From Eledone cirrhosa (lineage: Eukaryota): a DNA stretch of 64,000 nucleotides. The position numbers and the translations under genes were made by a program. The number at the start of each line of letters is the position of its first letter. Within the stretch, counting starts at the first letter, position 1. Where the stretch lies: positions 129,208,001-129,272,000 of the forward strand of contig OZ024742.1 of NCBI GenBank assembly GCA_964016885.1. The letters are read 5' to 3'. Below, piece by piece: positions 38,246 through 50,265 of the stretch. The notes under the pieces are model-generated. The model had not been told where the DNA came from. It ran no database searches and worked only from the letters and a program-made list of their open reading frames with translations.

Positions 38246-40810
38246 TATATAAAAATGAAAAAATGAAAAATTGAAAAAATATATGAGAATAAAAAAAATG
38301 TATATACATATGTGTGTGTGTTGTATGTATATATGTTTATATTTGTGTCTGTGTTTATATTCTGTAACTTAGCAGTTCAACAAATAGAGATTGATAAAGT
38401 ACCAGTCTTGTAAAAACAAATACTGGAATTGATTTGGTCAACTAAATTGAGTCGAGGCCTTAGCACAGCAGCAGTCTAATGACTGAAACAAGTAAAAGAA
38501 TAAAAGAATAATAAATTTTCTGATTTCAAATATCTTAAAAGATTAATGGTTAATTAAATGACAAAGGAAAAAAAAATATTTGAAAACAAACTAGTGAAAA
38601 TAATATAAAATTCTTAAAAAAAAAAAAATGGAGATCTCTGAAATTTCAAAACTAATATGCTGTCTCATCTGTTAAGATCTCAAATCCCAGCAAAAAAAAA
38701 AAAATGACAGGTTATGGGATCAACATGTCTGAGTTAGTTTGGTGAAAATGAGGAATTTAAATTAAAAGATGGAAAAAATAAAAAGCAAATATTTGGATTT
38801 TGACATAAGCATAATAATGCTTGAAACATTAGGATAAGCTCAGGCGGCAATATGACATTCGTGCCTTTCCCAAGAGCTAAAAAAAATAAAATGTGATGAA
38901 TCAAACATGGAAGCTAAATGAAATTTTAGTTCTTGCTTATGAAGAACTTGCTCATATTTGCTAAAAATTTCTCACCAATGTAAAATCTAATAAAAGCACA
39001 CCTTTTCTCAGTTACAGAGCTTTATATATTAAACTTCAAATTGAGATATAATCTATCTATTACATTACAATTGGTGTACCTGTGGTATAAAGTGTCTGTC
39101 AAACTATGGAAAGGGGTTGGTAAGAGTGTGTATGAGAAAGAGAAATAAAGAGAGCAGCAGTGGTGGTGGTGGAGATGGTGGCAGTAACAAAGCCATGTAA
39201 TCTCATGTCTTTATGGAGGGGGAGAGTGGGGGAGAAAGGGGAAGAAAGGGAGAGAAGGGAAAGAACTATATGAATTGCTTTTTAAAATTTTGTTATGCTA
39301 CAGAAAGAGCATGGAGAGAGAGAGAGAGAGAGTAGTGGTGGTGTTGGTAATGGAAAATTATTTAAAACCTATACTGAGAAAAATGTTTGTCCTCAAATTA
39401 TAAATGAGTAAAATATTTCATTTAGTTAGTTTCAGTAATTTGTTAAATTTATTTGATGTTTTTTTTTCAAATTTAGTACTTATTTAATCAATCTTTTTTT
39501 TTTCTTTCACACCACTGAGTAATAGAACATTAACAGACAGACGGGGACACACAGGCTTCCACACAGTTTCCAGCTACCAAATTTCACTCAAAGTTATAGT
39601 AAAAGTGCTGTGCAGCAGGACTGAACCCAGAACGACGTAGTTGCAAAGCAAATTCTTTAACTGCTCAGCCAAACCATTTATAATCTAAGATGATAAAAGT
39701 TGTCACAGTCCTTTGGATAAATGGTTTAAAGTATCTAGCTGGTATCTGGGAGAAATGGGGTTTGATTCCTCATGGTGGCCAATGGTATCTATCTTCCATC
39801 TTCAAGGATCTTCACCCTATTTTATACAATCTCTGTGCATGAGCACACTATTCTTTATAGATATGTATATGTATGTATATGAATATGTATGTATATGTAT
39901 ATGAATGTATATGTATATGAATGTGTGTGTGTGTGTGTATATATGGTATTAGAAAAGGCATCTAGCTGTAGAAACCAAACCAAAATCAGTTCTGTATGAG
40001 CAAAACATGGTTACCTGACCTAGCATTGCCCATAAGGCAATTCGTCTAACCCGTGCTAGCATGGAAAAATGGACGAAAAACGATGATGATGATATATATA
40101 AACAATGAGTTAGTTGATTACATATCAACAAAGTCTCTGAGTTATGTTCATAACATATGAAGTATATATATATATAAACGTTTGTATATGTATAATAAAG
40201 CCAAAACAATGCAGGTATGGACATAGAATAAAGAATGCAAATGCAAAAGATATTGTTGACAATTAGTCTTTTACTTTAGATTTATTTAAATATCACAGAA
40301 AAAAGAGAATTATATATATATATATAATTTACTTTTCAATTTATTTACAATTTTATTTTATTTTATTTTATCTGATATTTTTATACTCTTTTAAAGCACT
40401 GTATTCAAAGTTACTTCATAATATTCTTTTATAACCAAATCTTCTGGAAGACAGCTTTAATATTAAGAATTGTAACCTTTCAACCAAACTCTTTTATCTT
40501 CTGTGTGTGTGTGTGTGTGTATGTGTATCTTTCTAGTATGAAATTATAGCAGACAACCAAATGAAATTTTCTATCTACAGGGAAAAAGAAAATCACTGAC
40601 TTTTTACAAGGCCTCAGTTTTTTTTGTTTTTTTTTTATAAGAATGAAAATGAGATTGCATAATATTCCCACTTTTGTCAAGGATATATTTATTACCTCTA
40701 AGTGAAATGCAATAGCTGGCTGCAAACATAAATCTGCAGAGAGGAGAACATTGGGACACAAACACTGCATACTTCTATCTCCATTCTCTGTCAATTGCTG
40801 CCAAAGAATA

Positions 40811-41724
40811 TGAGGTCTGTCAAAAAAGTATCCGACTTTATTTTTTACAGTGGGAAGTAATGACATTAGGGAGAAAAAGTGTACAGATGTATGTTATTTG
40901 TTTGTCTGTCTGTCTGTCTTTTTTATGTTTGTGTGGGGGGGCAAACTTGCTGGATGTGTCAGTCACCATCAGGTCGCCAGTGTGTGAAGTGATGTCTATA
41001 CTGCTTACGTGTTGCATGCTGAATTTTCATTTTGCCCAATATTGCTTACAAGGATCCTGAATTCCTGTATACTGCTATAAGAGGCGATGAGCCATGTTCA
41101 ATACAACCTGGAAATCAAGGTTTAGTTATCACCAAGACCCCAAAAGACTATGGTTTAAATAGCCTCACCAACTTACAATTGGCCAGCTCTGACTTCTAAA
41201 AAAAAGAAGTCTGTCTCGAGCTCAGAGGCTTATCAGGATGGTGCCTATCCCAGTTTTCATAGCATTAAGTGACAGAGTACAAGACTCCACCCCTGGACAG
41301 GTCACCAGTCCATCGCAGGGTCAAATTTCCAGGTATTGCTGGTACTCTTTTTCAGCTGAGTATACTGGAGCAATATGAAATGAAGTTTTTGCTCAAGAAC
41401 ACAACACAAAAGTCAGTCCAGGAATCGAACTCATGACATGATCCTAAGTCCAACACCCTAACCACTATGCCTCCATACTTCTGGTTGTTCCCAAAAAGGA
41501 AGATACCACTTTGAGAGCTGAGAGGTCAACATGCAGACTGCAAAGATGTTGTTGAGACCTATTCTGGAAGAAGCATTCCAGACATACTTTGAACAGTGAA
41601 ACTATCAATGGGCTGTTTGTGAAGACACAAGGGGCCCTACAGCGAAGAGCATAAGCAACTAAATACCACTAAGTACGCAACATTTTTCCCAACCTAAGGT
41701 CGGATACTTTTTTGACAGACCTTG
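40811..41724 (+). mobile_element. Internally deleted mariner element with nested SINE
   Basis: TIRs TGAGGTCTGTCAAAAAAGTATCCGACTTTA and TAAGGTCGGATACTTTTTTGACAGACCTTG, both TA-flanked. Transposase remnant LASSDF|WLFPK...HFES*E...EEAFQTYFEQ*NYQW is split by a CORE SINE. Confidence 0.88.
41198..41476 (-). mobile_element. CORE-type SINE (tail a) inserted in the mariner transposase
   Basis: Direct repeat ACTTCT at 41192-41197 and 41477-41482. Confidence 0.85.
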
Positions 41725-42759
41725 TATTAAAAACTTTAATGAGAAATATAAAATATTTTCACTCCACTCAACCATCTTACATTTATTTCCATGCTAGACT
41801 AAATCGAATAGCTTTCCTTAGGAATTTGGAAATTTGCATACAGTTGGAACAAAATTTATCTCACAGCTTTATTACTCAGCTAGAGCACCATTATATGAGA
41901 ATATCACATTATTTTCAGCAATGCAGAAAGATTCTTAATAAACTGCTTTCTAATGCTTTACCTTTTATTAACAAACTTTAAAATATGTAAATGATAGCTA
42001 AAAAATAATGCTTTATTATTTTTTAAAAATTTTATTTCCACTTGTTTAAAATAAAGTGTTTGAGTAAGTGTGAGTGATTTTTATAAAAATATTTTAGTAC
42101 TGGTTGTTTGTTTAGCCACAGGTTAACCCAGATTGAGGAGGTGATCAAAGGTCTTTCAGCAATAACCATCCTACCATTTAATCTAACAGTGTATTTAGTT
42201 ACATTATTCATGCGAGCTTCCTTTAAGGCTGAGTTTGCAGATATCTTTCACAGACTAAGTAACTATGTAGATGCTTGTTCTTTTGTTGATCTTTCATTAG
42301 TTGTTGTTTAACCCCATATCAGCTCTGACATAGCAGACTTATGATCTAAATGGCAATACAGCCATGACTACCACATCTTTTATTTGCAGTTCTAGATACA
42401 CAAACAAGTGTATCTAGAACTGCAGATTAACAGCAGGGATTCAAAGGTCTTGTAAATATATTCATGAATTAACTTGATTCATGAGATGTAACAAACTCCA
42501 AAGTCAAACCATAATGACATTGATATAAAACAACAGCAATATTTACTGCAAATAAAAATAAGTTCTGAGAGTGAGACTGTAAATTGCCGTTTTGTCAAGA
42601 AAAAAAATTAAAGTATTTATCATATCAAGACTTTGCGACCATATAAACACTCAAACATGAAAAAACAAACCAATAGCTTTTGAAATTTATACGATAGCAA
42701 TCTATGGAATGGACCAGGACTGAACATAATGAAATCAGTTGGCCCAACTATATATATAG

Positions 42760-42952
42760 AGGAAAATGTTTGACCCGGACGGCAGAGCTCAAGCCGTTAC
42801 GACGGCTATTTCTGGACTCAGAAATAGCCATCGAAATGGCTTGAGCTCTGTCGTCGGGGTCAAACATTTTCCTATTACTCACCCTACTACCCTAAGTATT
42901 GAGTACTCTGGTGCGTTATGGTCCATCTGGTTCCTTACCGCACCTCCTTCGT
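42760..42952. other. (TA)n-flanked palindromic element (55-bp arms, 4-nt loop, plus a structured tail)
   Basis: Arms 42760-42814 and 42819-42873 are reverse complements with 5 mismatches; a second imperfect hairpin GGTGCG...CGCACC lies at about 42910-42945. Confidence 0.85.
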
Positions 42953-42989
42953 TATATATATATATATATATACATACATACATACATAC

Positions 42990-43368
42990 AGTCAGTAAGC
43001 ACCTAAAAACCAAATATACACACCAACCCACTACCCCCCCCCCCCCCCCACTCCCACCCTTTCTCTGTAAAATTATGTTGGTACCACAACATCCAGTCCA
43101 AACTAATGAGGTCGTGTAGGTGTCACAACAAAAAATAACACACAGTCCACGCTGTAATGTGGCCGTGTAGGTAACACAGTAAAAACCTCCCAGAACACAC
43201 TGTAAATGTGGTTGGTGCTTGGAAGAGCATCAAGCCGTAGAAAACCTGCCAGATATAGTCCTATACGAGCAAGACACGGTCACCCGACCAATCTTGCCTC
43301 AAATGGGACAATTCCTGTCTAACCCATGCTAGCGTGGAAGATAGATGTTAAACAATGATGATCATGAT
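42990..43368 (+). mobile_element. RTE-A 3'-UTR fragment
   Basis: Homologous to 31170-31552; ends GTTAAACAATGATGATCATGAT then (TA)n. Confidence 0.85.
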
Positions 43369-43375
43369 ATATATA

Positions 43376-43920
43376 TATAAGTATGTATACGTACATACAT
43401 ATAAGTGTACCGACGTACAGCAGTATGTATATAAATACATAAATGCACACTCAAAACGATAAATGGAAAAGAATGAAACGAAATTTCATTTCTCACTCTT
43501 AGTACAGCTGTTACTTAAATATAAGTATGTATACGTACATACATATATATGTACAGACGCACAGTAGTATGTATATATATACATACATACATGCACACAT
43601 ATATATATGTACGTATGGGTTTACCGAACATTTATTATAATGTTCGGTTTGTTTGTAAACAAACAGCCCAAATAACGCCGTACAGTGCTCAGCAACCATC
43701 GTCGCCCTTTTGTTCAACACTGACACAGGAACGATGTACTAGTTTCAAGCTTATTAGCTATTGTCAGCATCGTATACCGTTCTGTCAGATGATTGAACGT
43801 CTGAAAGTATATACTTTCCTTATGCATATTAACGGCTGAGCAGCCTCATTTGCATATCGAGTGAGTTCAGTCGGCCGGGCGTACTGAAAACGATAAATGG
43901 GATGCCCGGCTGAGTAACTC
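43376..43920 (-). mobile_element. (TA)n-flanked, hairpin-rich non-coding element with partial direct repeat and minimal hammerhead
   Basis: Direct repeat about 43376-43450 vs 43518-43598; AAAACGATAAATGG at 43453 and 43887; multiple hairpins; hammerhead at 43731-43773. Confidence 0.6.
43720..43788 (-). ncRNA. Minimal type I hammerhead ribozyme motif, core degenerate
   Basis: Minus strand ACGATG-CTGACAA-TAGCT-AATA-AGCTT-GAAA-CTAG-TA-CATCGT: perfect 6-bp stem I extended by CTGACA/TGTCAG, 4-bp stem II, palindromic ACTAGT stem III, GUA site. G8 is replaced by A and the 10.1-11.1 pair is T/T. Confidence 0.7.
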
Positions 43921-43947
43921 ATATATATACATACATACATATACATA

Positions 43948-44555
43948 CATTTCATTCATTTCATTTCATTTCACATCCCCTTTTCCCTGCTTGCAAGGGT
44001 GGGACGGGAACTGATTCTGGCTTGATTTCTACAGCTGGATGCCCTTCCTAACACCAACCTCATTTACAGTGAGTGCTGGGTGCTTTTTTTCCGTGGCGCC
44101 TACACGTCCACTTTACAGTGTGTGCTGGGCCCATGGTACCATGTGACGACAAGTGCAGAGAGATCTCCAGATATAAAGCAATGCCTGTGCCGTGAAGCTT
44201 TTATAGTGAGCAAAGGCACTGCACAAAGCCAGTCCCACTCTCTTAACCAAGATGATATTTACCAAAAAGAAGAACAAGTCAACATCATTGGATACCATCA
44301 AGGTTGCAGGTGTTATATCAGAGTCTTCCTTCTCCTAGAATTCTGCCTTGACAAAGGCTAAGGGGTCATCTCTCCCGGTGATTTTGGATGGCCATTGACT
44401 CTTAAGAGCTCCTTTGCCCTTTGATAGGTTTTGTTTTTAGTCCTGCGGGATGTCCAAAGTCACCCTCCTCACCAAGAAACCTTGATAGGGTTGCCAGTTT
44501 AGTCGCCAACGACCCGACCATGGGACAGGTTGTACTGGGATACGTTACCAGTAGC
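43948..44555 (-). mobile_element. Non-autonomous bipartite RTE-derived element (5'-UTR-like part joined to RTE-B 3' tail)
   Basis: 43975-44130 matches the composite-SINE/RTE-B tail; 44130-44555 is GC-richer and non-coding, with minus-strand GGCAGAATTCTAGGAGAAGGAAGACTCTG resembling a motif recalled from RTE 5' regions; (TACA/TA)n on both sides. Confidence 0.6.
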
Positions 44556-44803
<248 letters not shown>

Positions 44804-46124
44804 TCTTCGTTTAACGTCCATATTCCATGCTAGCACCTTATCTGACTTATCTCACAAGGGGATAACTCATGCTAAAATGATGATGATAATAATATAAAGA
44901 AGTTTGAACTTTGCTTTTCTTATTTAGCAATCCAATACTTTATTTTGCCTGACATTGCTGCTGAAGTAATTTTTTTCCTTTTCCACATTCCATTAACTAA
45001 TAAATGACTCAAGAATTCAAAAGTTTTGATAACATTAATGCATATCACTTATATTCAGTACTTTTGCTACAGTATTTAATATCTACCATAATATTTAGTT
45101 ACTTTTCAGTATAAACTGAAATCAGAGATGTTTGGCCAAAAAAAAAAAAAAAAATTAAACAAAATTTCAATAATATTATTTAACGGTAAAAAAGGTCAAA
45201 GTTTCATAACAGAAACACTGTGATAATCACACCTTTGTTACACTGACACTGTAACACTGAGAGGTCAGTGGATAAAGCTAATTACTGACTTGGTCTGTGA
45301 TGACCTTGCTAACAGAGAAATGAATGTTAGATGACGATGATAAACTTATTTCAAGATATTTTTGTGTGGCTATCCCTTACTGATAATGTCTGAAACTTTT
45401 TTATGGATAGAATTGTCAATAACAATACATGAGTTTCTTATCCATAACATACATATATACTCTAAAAGCAAACAAAGCTTAAAACATGACTCAAATATCA
45501 AAAAGAATGAACTGACTATGATGTAACTTTAGTATAAAAAAATATCTTTAAAACCAGTGGATTGCCTGTTCTAACACCAAACACATCTAGTGTGGTCTGG
45601 GTGCTTTTTATTGTGGCACCAAAATGACCATCTAACCCCTAGGGTATGTGCTGTCACTTGGCACCTGCTTACTACCCAATAAATACAGTTAATAGTAACA
45701 AGTCACATCAAATCCTATAGTCAAACTCATTGCAGCACCTTTTGAATATAGAAAACAGGATGAAACAGAATTCAGTTACAGCCATGTTACATTCTGAGTT
45801 CTGCCATGGTCAACTTTGCATTTCATCCTTTCAGGGTGATCAATATTATTGAGCACCAGTCAAATACTAGGATCAATATAATTGACTATAATGTTACCCA
45901 AAATGTGTGGCACTGTGCCAATGTTACAATGAAATGGAGGAAAAATATTAATAATAATCCAATATCTTGGCTTGACAATCTTAGTAATGAAATGAAAATG
46001 TTCAGAATTTGAATGAATTTATTTTTGTTTTTATATGGTATTGTTAAGTGGTTTTCATGCCTTACCTATACTTGTATGATAATGTTTTTCAAGTAAACAA
46101 GATCTTATCACTTCTGAATATTAA

Positions 46125-46155
<31 letters not shown>

Positions 46156-49100
46156 TAATAATAAAGCAAAATGGGCTTTTACACCATATAGCAGCCATAG
46201 TTGATTTCTTTTCACACCTCTCAAAACAAACATTTAAAAAATATATATATATATATATATATCTTCACTGCATTCTAGTGAAATGGTTGTTTACAAAAAT
46301 CTACCAAGTCAAATTTAATCTGAAATGCTAAACTCATCTATAATACATGAACAACATTTATGAAAACAATTTCAAACTGGTAACTAGGACAGCTGTTACC
46401 GATCTTGTAATGATAGGTCTCCTGTTGCTTTCAACAAGTTGATCAATGGAACTATCTACCAGTTTATGTTGGATAAAGTGTAAGTGGCCAAGCATTCCAC
46501 AGACACTTTGTATCCACTAACTCTTAACATCCTGTACCACATGAAACCAAATTAGAAAGATATTCCTGAAAAGTGTAAAACAGCACTATAACTGCATTAC
46601 ATTAATGATTAAAGTCTTTACTGTTTTTTTAACCATAAACAAGATGCCAGGCCTCATTTACTTACAGAGTGGGGTGGAACTCATCCAATCAGATAAGGAA
46701 ACAATGTTTCCATTGGTTTTTTTCCATTGCTGATACTATCTACCAGTCACAACTCCTGGTAGAAAGACCAACATGAAATAAAGTGTCTTGCTCAAGGACA
46801 TAACACATCACCCAGTCTGAGAACGTTACAATCCCAATTATCTAACCACTGAGCCCCCTCACTAAGTCTTTACTTTAGTTTATTGCAAATTTTCTCAATG
46901 ATCTGTCCATTAGTAAAAATACTACAAACATTACATTAACAAACTTGTTTTGTTTTTTTCTTACATGATGTTAAAAATTAATATAATTCACAGATACAGA
47001 GTGAGACAAGTTTAAACCCATGAATTACAGGTATAGCTCATCCAATTGGCTTTCACATAGTTTCTATTAATCCAATTTAACTTATAGTTCTTTGGTTGAT
47101 CTGAAAGTATGGTAGAAGAGACTTCTACACAGGTTTGAACCTGGGGTCTACCTCCTGTTTGTGAAACCAAATAGTATTTGGCGAAAAAAAAAAAAAAAAA
47201 AAAACACCTAGAGAAAATATGTGGCCACTTGACCTGTTGTAAATAATAGCTAAATCTCTTTGAAATCTCCCCTACCCCTGCATTCTTAGAAAATGGATAT
47301 GTTAGAGAGAGAGAGAGAGAGAGGATGAAAGCAAAATATCAACAAATCCCATCCTAAAATAATATAAATATTTTGACTCATTATTTACTTTGCAATAAAT
47401 TATTTTGGTGACATGAACAATAAATGCTGAAAATGTGCTTGGTGTGTGGCAAGATTTTAGCTTGTTTGGTGAATTTATAAAAATATTTTCTATTGTACTA
47501 AAATCCTAACATTCCTACTGTAATAAAATCTCACACTTCCATAAAGAAAAAAAAAGAATTTTTAAATACATAACTGGCAATGAGTGTAGAATTTTGAGAA
47601 GATAACTTTTTTTGACATCACATGGAACATACATGGTTTAATTTTACAGAGTAAATTAACTCATTTTAAGGACATACTCTTATATACACCAAGATAGTAA
47701 AGTTAATGATTCTTAATAAGGAGAGAGACATGGATTCACATTCGTGAGGTTGTGAGTTGTTCGATTCCTGGACCAAGTGATGTGTTGTGTCCTTGAGCAA
47801 GGCACTTTATTTCACATTGTTCCAGTTCACCCAGCTGTAGAAATAAGTCATGACCTCACTGGTGCCAAGATGTAAGAAGCCTTTGCCTTTTCCTTGGACA
47901 ACATCAGTGGTATTAGTTGCGAGAGGCCTAGCAATCTGGTAATAGAAATAAACCTGTTAACAAAAAAATATACAAAAGGCCTCTTTCTGGAGGAACTTCT
48001 GGACTGATAGGACATAGGCCTGCTTGGTGTAGAATGAAGATTCTTAATAAAATTTCTTAAAAATAAAAATGCATTTCATTCCAATACACACATGCCAGTG
48101 TATGGCTGTTTAGATTAAGTTTGGTATATGAAAAAAAAACCCAGTTCAGCCTTGACGGGAAAGTTGCTGAGCTAACATATCAAATAAACATTAACCACTT
48201 CGATACCAAACCACCTGAAACCGCTCATAGTTTTATGATTAAAAAAAAAAACTGCTCCTTTTAAAGAGTTCTTCCTTATTTTTCTTAAATAATGTTCCAA
48301 ACTCAATAGTGAAGAAGTTAGTCATTTCACTAAATTCTTCCAAATATTTTAGTATTTTCAAAACTGACTGAAACACATATTGGAAATGTGGTAATGAAAA
48401 GATTAATAGAGCAAACACGATTAGAATCACTGGCTTTAGCTCAGCTGTTATACAGATGGTATCTGTCAAGTGCTCTCATGACACTTGTTTACATACCAAT
48501 GAAGACTTGTAGACTGCAAACTTGGTATTTTTAAAGCTGCCCAATCTTGAAGATGTTCAATGTAAACGGAAACTATCCATTCATTAACAAAATGTGAAAA
48601 AATGACTTTAATGTCCTGGTTTTTAACCGAAAATTTGAAAACACTACAAGAAAAAATATCATGGTCACACTAACATAGTGTATTTGATGGCTTATAAGGC
48701 ACATGAACTTATATGATGCATCTGAATTTTGGCAGTAGCTTTACTGAACCACATCTTGCCAGTAACCCTAACTTTATGCTTATATATAAAACAGAGGCTC
48801 ATTTTCTGGAACACTTGTTTTACAAGCCAACAAATATGGTATTTATAATCCCTTCACCACTTATATTCAACTGGCATGAAAACAATATTGTTTACCATTC
48901 AATTCCACTCAATGTTTTGAAACAATGGCACTAAAAGAAAATGTTTACCATCAAAGACTAAGATATGTTATACTTTCTGAAATTAATCTCAAACACTAAT
49001 TATTTAGCATGAAAACATCTATAAATATTATAGAGATGTAACCAAATATCATCAGATCGATGCTTAGTGTTAAGTGACTGAGAGTACAACACTATTGCTG

Positions 49101-49854
49101 GACATGACACCAGTATATTGCAGGTTTAACTCCCTAGCTACAGCTGGTACTTACTCTTAGCTGACTGTATTGGAGCAATATGAAATAAAGTGTTTTGCTC
49201 AAGAACACAACACAACAGCCTGTCCAGGAATCCTAACCATTAAACCAGATCATTTCACATTTGAAATATTAAAAATGCTATAAAGTAGCACCATTAAGTA
49301 TTTTATTTACCAAACCTGACTTCAAACAGTGAATACTAGAAACTGTATGTGTGTTCAGTTGCACAAAAGTCATTACAAAATGCAAATATGTGTAAAGCTG
49401 CATGCAGTAAAAGTGTATGGCCTAGTGGTTAAGATGTTGGAATTAGGACCATATAAACCAGTTAGGGAAGAACACATTGATCATTCATTTTTGTTTTGGA
49501 CCGTTTTTGTTTTACATTTGAAAAGAAGGTTATAGCCCTGAAATATCATGTTGAAATATACTGGGTAAAACATTACTTTGTTTTGTTTTATTTGTCATCC
49601 TTTTCCCTTTATATATTTCTACTGTATTGTACTGGCTTTTTGAAACTTATCAGTCATTTATTACATATTTTACAATGCTTCATATTAACTATACTACTTT
49701 ATGACCTTATAGTCATGCTTTCAATTTCCAGACCAGACAGTGTGTTGTGTCCTTCAGCAAGACACTTCATTTCATGTTGCTCCAGTTACATCATATTCGA
49801 GGTTACATCTATGCTGGACTGATATCACATGGGGTGGGGTGGGTCCTTGTACTT

Positions 49855-50265
49855 TTAACACTTTAGCATTTAAACCAACCATATCCAGCAAGAATTCTCT
49901 CACCTTTTTCAGTTTAAACCAGCCATAACCAGCAGCTCATACTGATGTTGAGGTATTGTTCTCAAAATAAATAATATCAAAATCTCATATTTGATATAAT
50001 TGTTTCTACATTTGGCACAAGGCCAGCAATTATCCCAGTGTATTACTGGTGCTTTATTTTATCGACCCCGTAAGGATGAAAGGCAAAGTTAACCTCAGCG
50101 GGATTTGAACTCAGACCATAAAGGGACGTAACTCTTTGCTGCAAAGCATGGCGTCCGACCCTCTACCAATACTGCCAATCCAACGTGACATAATTATGTG
50201 AGGTAAAGTGTTTACTGTGAAAATACAATAGTATATATAGAGTAATGTAAATACTAAAGGGTTAA
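49855..50265. mobile_element. MITE family B interrupted by an S1 SINE (50002-50185, minus)
   Basis: MITE termini intact; SINE flanked by TGATATAATT (49992-50001) and TGACATAATT (50186-50195). Confidence 0.85.
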
